A stretch of DNA of 63,851 bases, filler included, from Octopus bimaculoides (GCF_001194135.2; 8 parts of 7 records of this genome joined end to end with filler, not necessarily neighbours in it); one strand, 5' to 3'; shown: positions 1 through 13,384, counted from the whole stretch's first letter. Translations and numbers: made by a program. Notes: generated by a model not told the origin, from the sequence alone.

Positions 1-168
1 AGGAGGAGGGGGATGAGGAGGAGGAGGGGGATGAGGAGGAGGAGGAGGTGGTGGTGGCGGTGGTGATGGTGGAGGAGGAGGAGGAGAAGGAGAAGGAGGA
101 GAAGAAGAAGAAGAAGAAGAAGAAGAAGGAGGAGGGGGAGGAGGAGGAGGGCAGAAAGAGAGAAAGAA
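1..168. repeat. (GGA)n/(GAA)n purine-rich microsatellite
   Basis: Direct tandem GGA/GAG/GAA units. Confidence 0.95.
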
Positions 169-1059
169 ATGAATACAACAGCAACACTCAGGAATGCAAT
201 CAATGACATGAACGAAAGCGTGTGGAATGAGCGCATGAAACAGGTTTATTTCTCTTTAATCAGTCTTCACCCTGACTCACTAGCCATCGGTTTGTTCACC
301 GCTTCTCTCCCTATACGTCTGAGTATCTATGAATGTATGTGTGTGTGTGTATGTGTGTGTGTACATATATGTGTGTGTGTGTATTTATGTATGTATGTAA
401 TTATAAGTATATATACATATATGCATTTATCAATATAGTTATGTGTGTGCATATATATTCATTTATATGCAAATATACGTTAGTACATATATATGTATAC
501 ACACACACATACACACTTAAGCATGTATGTATGTATGAACACAGAGAAGGAAGGAGGTAGAGAGGGATGGTGGTTTTGTATGCCTTGATTCTGTTTTCAC
601 TCAAGAGCGTAGTGCGGTGTAGTGTTATCGATGTATGTAATAGAAACTGAGTAACTCTTTCATCTCAGAGATAAGTTAATAACGCAACCATAAAAATGGA
701 CGATAAACAAGATTTAAAACAGTTTTCAGCCATTGATTCGATGATAACTAGAGAGAAACAGTGAGAATGTAAGACAGGACAGTAACAAATATCGGAAATA
801 AAGCAAGTCTAGGACAAGGGCAGGGCAGAAGAAACACTCTTAACATCTTAAAGCTATATGTTTCATCATCTATTTATCATTACTTCATCACACGTTTGAT
901 GAAATAATCATGAAAGAAAGCGTAAATTGTGTCTTTGTTTTCTATGTTTTATTCTGCTCAGTTCTTTTATTTATTTTTTTATTTTTATTTTTTTCTTACT
1001 ACATTCGTCCATGAGTAGAGACGGAGTAATCATATGTCATGGATGATATGTATATACGT

Positions 1060-1110
1060 ATGCATGTATATCTACTTATATGTACATGTATATTTATATG
1101 CATATTTATT

Positions 1111-1161
<51 letters not shown>

Positions 1162-1226
1162 CATATATGTGTGTATATATACACAGACATATATACACAC
1201 ATATATATATACACCCATATATATGC

Positions 1227-1273
<47 letters not shown>

Positions 1274-1556
1274 TATATACACATATATATGCGTATATAT
1301 ACATATATATACACATATATATGCATATATATATGTATATATATATGTATATGTATATTTGTGTATATATATATATATGCATATGTATAATTATAAATAT
1401 AATTATACATGGATAGTTACACACACACACATATATATATATACATATATAAATATATATAGCTATCTGTTTTTGTATCTATATCTATCAATCTATATAG
1501 CTATCTATATCTATGTCTGGCTATCTACCTATACTTCCATCTTTCTCTTTGGATGG

Positions 1557-1629
<73 letters not shown>

Positions 1630-1788
1630 TGTGTCTGTGTCTGTGTACAGGCATTTATGTGTGTGTCTGTGTCTAAAGTATAAATATATAAATATGAACA
1701 CACAGACACTTATATGACTGTATACTAAATTTGCGTATGATGTATAAACATATTTATACACACAAATACATGTATTCATGTATGTACA

Positions 1789-1820
<32 letters not shown>
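1060..1820. repeat. Compound (TA)n/(CA)n/(TG)n microsatellite field
   Basis: Dinucleotide runs; source of the YI/HT/CV pseudo-ORFs. Similar fields recur across the window (e.g. 2270-2850, 5470-5810, 14400-14900, 23200-23530). Confidence 0.95.
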
Positions 1821-1940
1821 NNNNNNNNNNNNNNNNNNNNNNNNNNNNNNNNNNNNNNNNNNNNNNNNNNNNNNNNNNNNNNNNNNNNNNNNNNNNNNNN
1901 NNNNNNNNNNNNNNNNNNNNNNNNTATGTATTTATATATT

Positions 1941-1977
<37 letters not shown>

Positions 1978-2615
1978 GTACATGTATATTTATATGAAAT
2001 TAATAACTTCTATCCATCCATGCCGTTCGATTTTGAGATACCCTACAGTACCCCCATTCCAGAACTATCTGCTTCTCACATTAATCCCACTACTATACAC
2101 AAACACCCCTCCCGCCCTACGTCAACCCCTCCCTAAACTTAATTTCAAGCTAATGTCATCAAGGTAGATATAATGGTTCCTTGGAGACTAGTTATAACTC
2201 ACATCAACAAACGATGCTCTGATCCATGCATGAACTGAGTTGGACATGAAAAATGTTGCTCTTACTGCATACATACACAAATACACACGCACACACACAC
2301 ACACAAACGCATATATATATATATATATATATACAAACAAATATAGATAGATAGATTCATACATGCATATATACATATATAGATACAAACCTACATATAT
2401 GCATATATACATATATATATATATACATTTATACATACATCATATATGCATTTATATATATATAAATACATTATATACTTATATGTATATATATATATGT
2501 ATTTGTGTGTGTGTGTGTGTGTGTGTGTGCATGCATACAAACATGCGAACAGATACATATGCATTCATCCCTCTATATATACATACGTACACAGATACTT
2601 ACAAACCTCCTATAC

Positions 2616-2674
<59 letters not shown>

Positions 2675-2899
2675 CACACACACACATGGGTAGCTACACA
2701 TATACAAAAATGCATACATATAAACCAGCATGTATACATCGATACATATATGCAAACATGCATACATATGCATACACATACATACTCATAAATATGCATA
2801 TAAATATACATCCATAATTCATACATACGTACATGATGCATACATGCACACATACGAACCGTTGTAATTATTGCTGTTAATGTAGGAGACCGGCATTTT

Positions 2900-3180
2900 T
2901 CATATGAAACCTACTACCACTAATACTACTACTTCTGCTGCTGCTGCTACTACAACTACTACTGCTACTACAACTACAACAGCTACTACTGCTGCAGCTG
3001 CTGTAGCGACTGCTACTACTACTACTGCTGCTACTATCTCTTCTGCTGCTGCTACCGCTACCACTACTACTGTTGCTGCTGCTGCTGCTACTACTACTAC
3101 CACTACTACTACTACTACTACTTACTACTACTACTACTACTACCAACAATATCAACAACACTACAGCTATTATTACTTTT
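2900..3180. repeat. Mixed (CTA/CTG/CAA)n trinucleotide repeat
   Basis: Tandem triplets; poly-T/A/S/V ORFs are artefacts. Confidence 0.9.
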
Positions 3181-3704
3181 GATATTGCTGCTTGAGCTGT
3201 TTGTGATTTCCGATGTGTTAGAGACGACCGAGGCATATAGTAATTTTTAGTCATTTTCCTTGTTTTAGTAAACTAAAGTGAAATATGTCTGTGTTAGTGT
3301 TTATGGAGATGAAGTGCATTGCAGTTAAGTGTACCGTAGTTGTTCTATGCTGAAGGGTTAGCACTGATATCAGTAGATCTTATGACAAAAGGTGCTTTCT
3401 TGAGAGCCACCGTCGGTTAAGGTTGAAGATAAAGCTGCACATGTAGATGCTCGTAAAGGCAAGTCTCCTCAGAAGGGAAGACTGGCAGTTGTGCATGGAC
3501 ACAATTGTCGATTTTCCCCTTTGCTGGCGTTTATCCAAGAGACTTGGATAAACTACAGAAGCACAGACAGACACACATACACAGGCACACACACACACAC
3601 GCGCGCGCAGAAACACAGACAGGCATACACACAGACAGACAGAGAGAGAGGTTGGTGGAAAAAAGAACGGGAGAGACACAAAAAACGGAGGAAAACAGGG
3701 AAAA

Positions 3705-3855
3705 TAAATCGGTCCAGTGCTTGACTTGTACCTCTTTTATCAACCTTGAAAAAAGGAAAGACAAAGTTGACTTCGGGAGGATTTGAAACAGAGTGCGCAG
3801 AAAGCCCGAACAAATAATACAAGGCCTGCTATCCGATGCTCTAATGATTCTGCTA
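3705..3855 (-). mobile_element. Degenerate SINE family B (Deu/Nin-domain-like) fragment
   Basis: Diverged match to the copies at 18053-18260 and 60441-60660 (ccagt.cttgact.gtac...aaagttgacttcgg). Confidence 0.6.
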
Positions 3856-3985
3856 TTCCTATGCCTTGCAAACCCAAACACCTACTGGGAGAAACTGGTG
3901 ACAGAAAAACAGAATTGATGTAGTAAACCGTTTGGTTTGGTCATTTTATAAGGTGTTGTAGGGTTTTATAGGATTTGTTGTTTAA

Positions 3986-4222
3986 CCCATTACCTACCAG
4001 TGATCTCATTTGAGATCACTTAAAAATTACAAATTTCGTAATTATCTGTCAATATTTACACATATCTAACCTTTTTGCTATATCTACTAGGTATATTTCT
4101 CTGATATTCAAACGAGGTTTCCTCATTTTTCACCCAATATCTCGCTTATTTCTATTTAAAATGCTAGAAATCAAAAGTTTCATAAAACAATTCCAGTTAA
4201 TGTAATTATGGAAGGTAATGGG
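3986..4222. mobile_element. piggyBac-type MITE (237 bp)
   Basis: TTAA on both sides (3982-3985, 4223-4226). 13-bp TIRs CCCATTACCTACC / GGAAGGTAATGGG (12/13). Internal palindrome AGTGATCTCA-TT-TGAGATCACT at 3999-4020. Confidence 0.85.
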
Positions 4223-4982
4223 TTAATGCTATGTGCTTACCATTTATCTGAGACATTTCAACCGTAACCATTCATTTTGTTTTATTTTTAAGGTTATCTT
4301 GGGCCACATTCATCATTGCGTTTTGACTTTTAATACAGTAGGCGTGATGTAATCTGATAAGAATTTGACTATTGTTTCTTCCAAATCGAGATTCTACGAA
4401 ACTACTCGTTGGCGCAGTATGATTTTTTTTTTTATATCAGATTACTGTTGTAATAGGAAAAACCTTATTTGACGGCATACTGCATCTTAGATTGTATTAC
4501 TCCACGTATCATCTTAGAGTGTTGCTACAAAAACTTTGAATCTTATTTCTAATAAGTTGTATGATCGCATAAGGGCTTCTTCGTTATCCGGCACATAAGT
4601 ACCTGCATAAGCATAAATAGATGTATATACACATGCATATATATACACAAATATATATACAAACATACAATGTGTAAATTAAATGCATATTATGTATGTA
4701 AATACAAGTATAAATATATAAATAACAGTAAATAAATGAAGAAAGAACAAAAACTACGTAATCACTTCACAAACTTGCATCAGTTTGGGCTATAAGAAAC
4801 TGGACACCAGATTTGAGTGTCAGTACGACAACTTATAGCTTTTTCAGAACCGGAGTAAAAGAAGCAATCCACACCTCCACACCATAGAAGTTACTATTGC
4901 TGTGAAGTATAGCTATATTTTAACTTCGTCATTGGCACCGCTATGGCTGAGTGGAAAAATATAAATGCAATATTGATATTAG

Positions 4983-5141
4983 TAGGAGTGGCTGTGTGGT
5001 AAGTAGCGTGCTTACCAACCACATGGTTCCGGGTTCATTCTCACTGCGTGGCACCATGGGCAAGTGTCTTCTACTATAGCTTCGGGCCGACCAAAGCCAT
5101 GTGAGTGGATTTGGTAGACGAAAACTGAAAGAAGCCCGTCG

Positions 5142-5221
<80 letters not shown>

Positions 5222-5462
5222 TGTGTGTGTGTGTCTGTGTGTGCGTGTGTGTCTGTGTGTTTGTGTGTCTGTGTTTGTCCCCCAACATTGCTTGACAATC
5301 GATGGGGATGTGTTTACGTCCCATAACTTAGCGGTTCGGCAAAAGAGGCCGATAGAATAAGTACAAGGCTTCCAAAGAATAAGTCCTGGGGTCGATTTGC
5401 TCGACTAAAGGCGGTACTCCAGCATGGCCGCAGTCAAATGACTGAAAAGAGTAAAAGAGTAT
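4983..5462 (+). mobile_element. SINE family A (tRNA head, CORE-like domain, internal microsatellite), full length
   Basis: Head with B-box-like GGTTCATTCTC, GGCACC(A/T)TGGGCAAGT segment, (TA)n(TG)n after AAGCCCGTCG, 3' half ending GGCCGCAGTCAAATGACTGAAA. Many copies in the window. Confidence 0.9.
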
Positions 5463-5658
5463 ACATAAAATGCATAGCTGCATGCATACATGCCTGCATG
5501 TATATATGTATGTATATAGGTATGTATGTATGTATGTATGTATGTATGCATATGTGTATGTATGTATGTATTTAGGTATGCATGAATGTGTGTATGTATG
5601 TATCTGTATGTATACATCTTTGTTTCAAATAGATGGCAAATATTTCTCTACCGTAGAG

Positions 5659-5693
<35 letters not shown>

Positions 5694-5724
5694 TATATAT
5701 ATATATATATACATATATACATGC

Positions 5725-5780
<56 letters not shown>

Positions 5781-6028
5781 CTCACATATATGGCAGTATG
5801 TGTATATATGTATGCAAGTATTGTGTACAATGACCTATATTTATTCCATTCACACCTCATTCATCACATGTTGTTGATGACTTTTGACAGCCTTAGACAG
5901 AACAGGAAGGGAGTCGGGTTTTCAACTGGAATACACTGTATACAAAGACATGTATGCCTATCTAAGTACTTGCGTCTAAAATACGCAAAAAAAAACTATT
6001 ATTTTCACACACACATATATACTTTTAC

Positions 6029-6162
6029 AGGAGTGGCTATGTGGTAAGTAGCTTGCTCACCAATCACATGGTTCTGCGTGGCACCTTGGGCAAGTGTCTT
6101 CTACTATAACCTTGGGCCGACCAAAGCCTTATGAGTGAATTTGGTTGACGGAAACTGAAAGG
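6029..6162 (+). mobile_element. SINE family A, 5' part
   Basis: Matches 4983-5140 with an internal deletion. Confidence 0.85.
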
Positions 6163-7819
6163 AAATTACTTACGTGACAATCTTATATATAATTAGATGT
6201 AGCGTCATTTAGTATATAAGAAAGGTTTTGTGTTAATGTATGTCGAAATAGTTGTTTTTTATTATCATAGTTGCGTATATTTTTGTCGTGTATATTTTCT
6301 TAGAGAGGAAAAACAAATCAAATACAAACTGGTGTAATTTATAGTAATGTTGGGAAGACAACACTTAATGTAGCTTGATATTCACGGATAAAACACAGGT
6401 GTACATAGGTTTACATATACACACATAAATAGACATGCACGCTGATATAGAAATATGTACAGGCATACTCATGCGTGTACATACCAATACACATATACTT
6501 ATGTGCATACATACCCATATATCCATACACTTGCGTGTACACTCCTACATACACATCTTTATATACATCCGCATACACACACATATGTACACGTATACGT
6601 ACTCATTAAATACTTATACACAGGTAGATGGGCATATATCACATATACATACATATATGTATGTATTTTTAAAAATTATGATTTCTAATTTTTAATATAT
6701 ATATACTTACAAATACCTACATATATACACGTATATACATTTACATACTTACATACATTTACAAATACATACTTACATCTTATGTACTTACATACTTAAA
6801 TACATGAATACATAAAGCCACATTCATACATACATATAGACATATTCACATACATGCATACATATATATGTATATATATACAAATATATATACACATACA
6901 CACACACATATATATATATACATACATGCGTAGTGACACATATATAAAAAAAATATATACATACACTCATATGCATACACAGTATACACATACATACACT
7001 CATACAGAAAAAATTTATGGTAAAATATTTTCCTCTAGCAATATGTTTTTCGGTTAAGAATATATTGTACTTGTTTTAAATCATTCTATATAAAAATTGT
7101 ACAAGTGTATTTGCCACTTTGTATATATATTCTCATAAGTACAAGTCCATATATTCTTATGTTCATGTATATAGTCAGAAACACTCATAATCCATATACT
7201 GGCAGTGGAGGAGGTATAGCCTACATAGATGCACATATACATACATATATACATACATACATACATATATATATGTACATACACGCCAATATATACATAC
7301 CTATACATACCTACGTTTACACACATACATTCACATATATACATATTTTTTGCTAAAAATATATAAATGAACACACTAAGTTACAAATATATACATGCAA
7401 TTCATACATATTCACATATAGACATACAAATATCTTGTATCCACGGTCAGGGTGTTAAAGTTGTTTGGATGTACTATCAGAAAAATATACATACACAAAT
7501 CTTGAGAATTGAATCTGATCCTGTACGTAAAAACTATAGGTATTTCATATCTTAAAGTTAGATATTACATTTGCAGTTATTTCATATTTATAAACATGGA
7601 TATACATATTATTTTTGAAAATAATCTAAAATCTAAAGGTTCAAAACTGTTACAGTCATTTTGTTTGGTTGTAAGTCAGATAATTTTGGCTGTTGAGGTT
7701 TTAAAGTTTTTTAAGAATAGTTCTATTTAGCTATTAATATATAGTGGGATAACGGTTATATTTTTAAAAATTGAATTGAAGCTTTTTGGGTGACATTAAA
7801 TCATATTAATGAATCACTT

Positions 7820-8403
7820 TAGAAGTATCTTGTCATGTGTCGACATGAAAAAACTTTTTCATCCTTCGTATTAACTAGGTTCCCTTTCCTTTTTATTAAT
7901 TTATAGTTTTCCTCTAACCATAATCTACAGAATTTATTGTTAATTTTGTAAGAAGGTGCGTGTGCTAAAATGTTCCATTTTATTGTGACGTTAACTTTTT
8001 TCTTTTTTTTTTTTCAATTTTTGAGGTGGGATATTTTCTTTGAAACTTCTGTACTGTTTATTTTTCTACGGTCCCTGAATGTCCATTCATGGTTCACGAT
8101 TCGTAATTTAATCTAGTTTTGCATCAATCCGATATAATGGTACTTTGTCATATCCTGTGTTGTCATTGTTGCTTGGTATACTACATTTTTTCTCTCGCAA
8201 TCCCTACCTAACTTGCATGTATTTGGGTCTCTACAATTACAGTTTTTATTTTGTGTAGATAGTGAAATATTATTCTTTTTTGTTGATGTATATAAGTTAT
8301 TGTTAGTAGTGGCATTTATATTTTTATTTGTACTATTATGTTCTACTTTTTTATTTTTGTGTGCTTTGGTATCAATTTGTGTCTTGTTTTTTTCTATTTT
8401 CAT
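7820..8403 (-). pseudogene. Penelope-like element GIY-YIG endonuclease region, decayed
   Basis: ORF 8113-8403 has CNCR..C..C-like NCNCRDPNTCKLGRDCERKNVVYQAT...YIGL. It continues past a stop and frameshifts as ..LRIVNHEWTF.., ..WNILAHAPSYK.., ..FCRL.., typical of the Penelope C-terminus. Confidence 0.85.
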
Positions 8404-8685
8404 AGAATATATCTAGTTTTCTATTGTTAAAGAAGATATCCTAAAAAGGTTGGGAGAAACTGAAAATCCAAATCGATGTTTGTTATTAAATATTTGTGCA
8501 CATCTAGTGTTTTTAAAGTGTTTATTTATAATCATTCTAATAGATTTAATAAGATTTTGTCTTTAATTGTTTAGCGAAAAGTATTATGATCCATATGGCT
8601 TTATTTGCGTCGACCTTACTTATACATTGATTTCTAATCACAATATCATTTTTTCTTACACATTGTATTAGTTTTCTTTTTGCTA

Positions 8686-8687
<2 letters not shown>

Positions 8688-8758
<71 letters not shown>
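8688..8758. repeat. (TTA)n microsatellite inside the Penelope linker
   Basis: About 23 tandem TTA units. Confidence 0.95.
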
Positions 8759-8760
<2 letters not shown>

Positions 8761-9016
8761 TGATAATAATCGTATTCAGGCTATTTATATTTTTCTTTTT
8801 TGCTATCTTTATGTCTTTATGCTTTTATTTTAATCGTTATTTACTCAAGTATTGTTTTTGGGGTTTATTGACATTTGTGTTATTTTAATAATAATTACTA
8901 TTATAATTCTTGTTCCTATTTGTAATTCTATTTTTGGTATTATGATCTCTGTGTTTTAGTTTAATTTCTTTATTGTAATTATACTATTTAACATGTTTGT
9001 TATATTTATAATTGTT

Positions 9017-9800
9017 TTAGGGTATTTTCATTTCTACTTTGTGAGGATTAACTATTTCATTGTGGGTATCTAATTCTCTAGTTCTATCATTATTCCTTTT
9101 TTTAAATTTATTTTCAGTTTGATTTCCAGTGGTGTTGCAATTACTATTGAACTTAATTTGATAATTATATCCTGCCTTCTTAAGTACTATATTGCAATGA
9201 TCTTTGTGTTTATTAAATACTTCTTCATTTGAAGATAGATAATGGATTATTCTCTCGATATTTATACTAAGGTTTTCTATAATATTATGTGGAGGTTTAC
9301 TATTTGCATTTATATATCTAATGTTAGCGTTAGGATTTTGATATGGCTGGTAAATACCTCTTTTAAGATTAAAGTTAACGTCAAGAAATTTTACAGAGAT
9401 ATTATCATTTTCAATTAATATTGATAGGCCTTGTTTCTTAAAGAAAGTATGCAGTCTCTTTTTGTAATTTTCCATTTTTCTATTAGTATTGTTCCTTAAC
9501 AATAGGGCGTCGTCTCGGTATAGTCCTCCTTCTAATTCAGGAAATACTTCTTTAAATTTATGTAGTAGATAGATGCCGACTATGTAGGTTACTACTGCGG
9601 AGTCCTGTGCGCCCATTGGTATATCAAAACAATCCGGTGTGTCCTTTCTTGCCCAATATTTACCTTCATGGAATATCACTGTTTTTCTAGCTGCGAGTAT
9701 GATTTTTATTTCTTTCATGGAAAAGTTTGTTCAATTCTTAGCAAATATGTGTGTATTTGTATGAAACAATTGCACAGCAATATGGAAAATAAAAACTATA
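9017..9800 (-). pseudogene. Penelope-like element reverse transcriptase, decayed
   Basis: ORF 9017-9718: FDIPMGAQDSA, GLYRDD catalytic motif, VKFLDVNFNL, PYQNPN..YINANS.PPHNII. These are PLE RT and thumb motifs. Confidence 0.92.
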
Positions 9801-9864
9801 ATCCGTTTTAACATCCAAACTCCTCCATTACATAAATATGAATAAATCTTTTGAACCAATACAA

Positions 9865-10118
9865 GCTTTCATAACCAAGAAAGCTTTTTTGGAGGGGAAG
9901 CACTTTTCGAATGATGAACTTATTTGCGAGGTACCCTTGGCTCCAGATGCAACCTACCGACTTCTACAGACGAGGTCATCACAGCTTCATAAAGCGATGG
10001 GAGACGTGTGTCACCGTTGGTGGTGGCTATGTAGAGAAGCACTAATAATTATGCTAAGTTTAGTTTATTCCAATCCTTGAGAAGTGGGTCATGGAAAATC
10101 TATGAACACCCATCCTAT
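9865..10118 (+). mobile_element. mariner transposase 3' fragment
   Basis: Frameshifted ..LEGKHFSNDE.. / WLQMQPTDFYRRGHHSFIKRWETCVTVGGGYVEKH*, followed by a TIR-like end and TA. Confidence 0.8.
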
Positions 10119-10154
10119 ATACAATATATATATATATACATACATACATGTATG

Positions 10155-10187
<33 letters not shown>

Positions 10188-10397
10188 NNNNNNNNNNNNN
10201 NNNNNNNNNNNNNNNNNNNNNNNNNNNNNNNNNNNNNNNNNNNNNNNNNNNNNNNNNNNNNNNNNNNNNNNNNNNNNNNNNNNNNNNNNNNNNNNNNNNN
10301 NNNNNNNNNNNNNNNNNNNNNNNNNNNTATACACACACACACAATCATATACACACACACACATACACACACTCTCACACACACACACATACACACA

Positions 10398-10457
<60 letters not shown>

Positions 10458-10486
10458 CATATATTATATATCATATATATTATATA

Positions 10487-11350
10487 TTGAGCCATCCCAT
10501 AAATAATGCGGCATTTTTTATACTTCTTTTACTTTTCGAAATTAAGTAAAGTTCTTTTCTAATCTAAAATGTACTCTCCTTCATTTCTACAAAGCTCTTC
10601 CATCTACCTGGTAGACTTGCAAGGCCTCTTTTCCAAAATTCACTTGTCTGTGACGAAAAATTCTTCTCCAGTACTATTCTGACCTCGTTTACAGAATTCA
10701 TATTTTTCCATCCAAAAACTGCGGAATAAATTATAATCAGATGTAGCAATGTTCAGTGAATATGGTGGGTAGGGCATCGTTTCCCATTCAAACTGCTCCT
10801 ACCTTTAGAGAGTCATCCTCAGTGTATGTGGTCGAGCCTTATCCTGATGGAAGAACACCTTTCGTCTTGAAACCAAATATGGTAGTTTTTCTTCTAGCGC
10901 TGACTTAAGTCGCTCAAGCTGCTCGCAGTAGATCTCCTTTGTTATCGTTTGGTTTGTGTTAAAAGTTCAAAGTGGACTAAACCTTTCATATTCCACCAAA
11001 CAGGTAACAATACCTTACGTGGGTGAAGAACTTCTTTAGCCTGGGGTGTTAGTGTTTCTCCTTTCCCTACCCACTGTTTTCGGCACTTGACATTTTTATA
11101 GAGAACTCCATTTCTCGTCACCAGTCACTATTCAGTCCAAAAAAGGTTCATTCGTGAGACGTGACAGCAAAGAAGAGCACCCATTCACTCTCTGTCCGTG
11201 ATTAGAGTCGGGGAGTTTGTGAGGAACCCATTGGCCCAATTTTCTGACGTTTCCGATGGCACGCGGCTGTCCACATCAAAGTTTCTCTGCTAGTTCCTCA
11301 ACAATTACGATGGGATTTAGTTCCACCAGAGTTTGCAGGACATATATGAC
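10487..11350 (-). mobile_element. mariner (DD34D) element, decayed, 5' truncated
   Basis: WVPHKL, IVTGDEKW and C-terminal EFWKRGLASLPGRWK. TA + TIR TTGAGCCATCCCATAAATAATGCGG, 23/25 identical to the TIR at 47276-47300. Confidence 0.9.
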
Positions 11351-11384
11351 TGCCTTTCTTTATATCAATAATTCATTGTAGCTC

Positions 11385-11848
11385 CAGTGATGGGTTGGAT
11401 ATGAAGTCTTCGAATTATCTTTCTCCTTTCTGGTTCTGAGAAGCCTAATTTCTCAAAATTGGTATTTAGCAGTAATGTACATAGTCTAGTGGCCCCTATT
11501 TACAGGTATAAACCTATAAACCTGAATTTGTAATCTGGATAGAATAATTGCAGATTTCTCAACAGTTCAGCGTAGGTATACTTTTCCACTGATCTTCAGT
11601 TTTATGTTAACATCCGCTAAGCAGCTGATTTCCACAACTATACACGGTTTCTCTTCTCTATCTCAAATCATAATATCAAGTTTGTTGTGTTTACATTTTA
11701 TTGAGGTTTTCGCTGGGACATTCCACCAATACTCCTTTTCATTTTGAGTGGCTATAGCTTCTATTATACTGTGCGTTCTTATTTCAGATAACCCTGCCGA
11801 CGGATTTTATTATACGGTGTCCTTTCTATAACATCATGTCCCATCGGT
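11385..11848 (-). mobile_element. Non-LTR retrotransposon REL endonuclease fragment (R4/Dong-like)
   Basis: Frameshifted translation GHDVIERT..EYWWNVPAKT..KHNKLDIMI*DREEKPCIVVEISCLADVNIKLKI..K..YAELLRNLQLFYPDYKFRFIPV.IGA..EKLGF..IIRRLHIQ. This is an HD / PD..D-(D/E)xK-type REL pattern. Confidence 0.75.
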
Positions 11849-12423
11849 ATGCATTTATATACGTATGTATTTATGTATATATGTATACATGCACGTATGT
11901 ATGTATGTATGTATGTATGTATGTATGCATGTTTAAATGTATATGTATATGTATATGACGGATTTTCAACTGTTTCCATGTAAAAGCGTTGGGGCTGAAA
12001 CCGAAACTGTGTAGTTGCGAAATGAACTTTTTAACCATACAAATACATGCATACATAGATACATACCTACATACATATATGTATATAGATAGCTAACTCC
12101 ATAATATTTTTGCATGTAATGTATACGAGCTTGTGTTATATATATATATATATATATATATATNNNNNNNNNNNNNNNNNNNNNNNNNNNNNNNNNNNNN
12201 NNNNNNNNNNNNNNNNNNNNNNNNNNNNNNNNNNNNNNNNNNNNNNNNNNNNNNNNNNNNNNNNNNNNNNNNNNNNNNNNNNNNNNNNNNNNNNNNNNNN
12301 NNNNNNNNNNNNNNNNNNNNNNNNNNNNNNNNNNNNNNNNNNNNNNNNTATATATGCGTGTGTGTGTGTGTCTGTGTGTGTGTGTCTGTGTGTCTGTGTA
12401 TACACACGCGCACACGCACACAC

Positions 12424-12464
<41 letters not shown>

Positions 12465-12609
12465 CTCAATATATAGTATATGTGTACTCCACGTGTTAGT
12501 TTAATTTACAGAACAGAAGCCAATATTTCAAGTCCTCTTGTAAACGATGTCTAAATTTGCTTTCCGCTTTATTTTATCAGTTTTATCATTCTTTTTATCA
12601 TAATCATCA

Positions 12610-12650
<41 letters not shown>

Positions 12651-13227
12651 TTATTATTATTATTATTATTAACATTCTTATTTTCATTATTATTTTGTTA
12701 TTTATAGTACCTCTTCCTACTATCCTTTTCCTCCTTCTCCCCCCACCTCTCTCTCTATTTATCTCTCTTCTTTGTCCTCCTACAAACTGTAATTCTACAA
12801 TTACATATGTTATCTCCCTCCCCAAAATCTAATAATGCTACAAGAGTGATTCTAATTCTTAAATCAACAAAGCAAAAACTGATTTACAAAGTGCCAACTC
12901 TATTAATTTATCATCTATTTAGTTCCACCATTCATTTCTCTTTTTGTTACTTATATATTTTGTTTTTACTTTTTTAACCTTTTCTACTTTTTTTTATCAT
13001 GTTTTTATTTTTCCCGTCATTCTTTTTTTTTATCGATGTGTTTATGTGTATTTCCTCCATATTACTTCCTCGACAAACAGCCAGCTCTACGTCTTAAAGG
13101 TTAAAATTCACTTCTCTGCATCACCTGATAGAAATTGCCACTAAACGCAATCTACGTAGTTGTCACGTTCAAGGACTGGTGTAGGTGTGACCCAACGGGT
13201 TTTTTTTTAATTTTAAAATGTTCTCTT

Positions 13228-13290
13228 TACAACCACGTGGTTCTGATTTTGATTCCACTGCATCGGATTTACGCCAACCACTCCTCTATA
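13228..13290 (-). mobile_element. SINE family A head fragment
   Basis: Reverse complement of AGAGGAGTGGTTG...AACCACGTGG.. Confidence 0.55.
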
Positions 13291-13384
13291 ATTTCATAAA
13301 GACAATGAGAGTGAGTGGATTATGGTACAAAGAAAAACACTAAAAAATAAATAAATAAATAAATAAAAGTCACTTTTACGTGCT

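Larger units (their letters stand above)
7430..9830 (-). mobile_element. Penelope-like retroelement, 5'-truncated, overall span
   Basis: Colinear RT, linker and GIY-YIG remnants followed by an AT-rich 3' region; boundaries approximate. Confidence 0.8.

Noticed and set aside
2209-2270. Possible minus-strand exon RATFFMSNSVHAWIRASFVD
   Set aside because: The acceptor tract is a (TG/TA) microsatellite; no homology recognised.
7431-7480. Hammerhead in the Penelope 3' region
   Set aside because: The core is broken (CTGATAG, AAGA for GAAA) and there is no stem I; not callable as a ribozyme.
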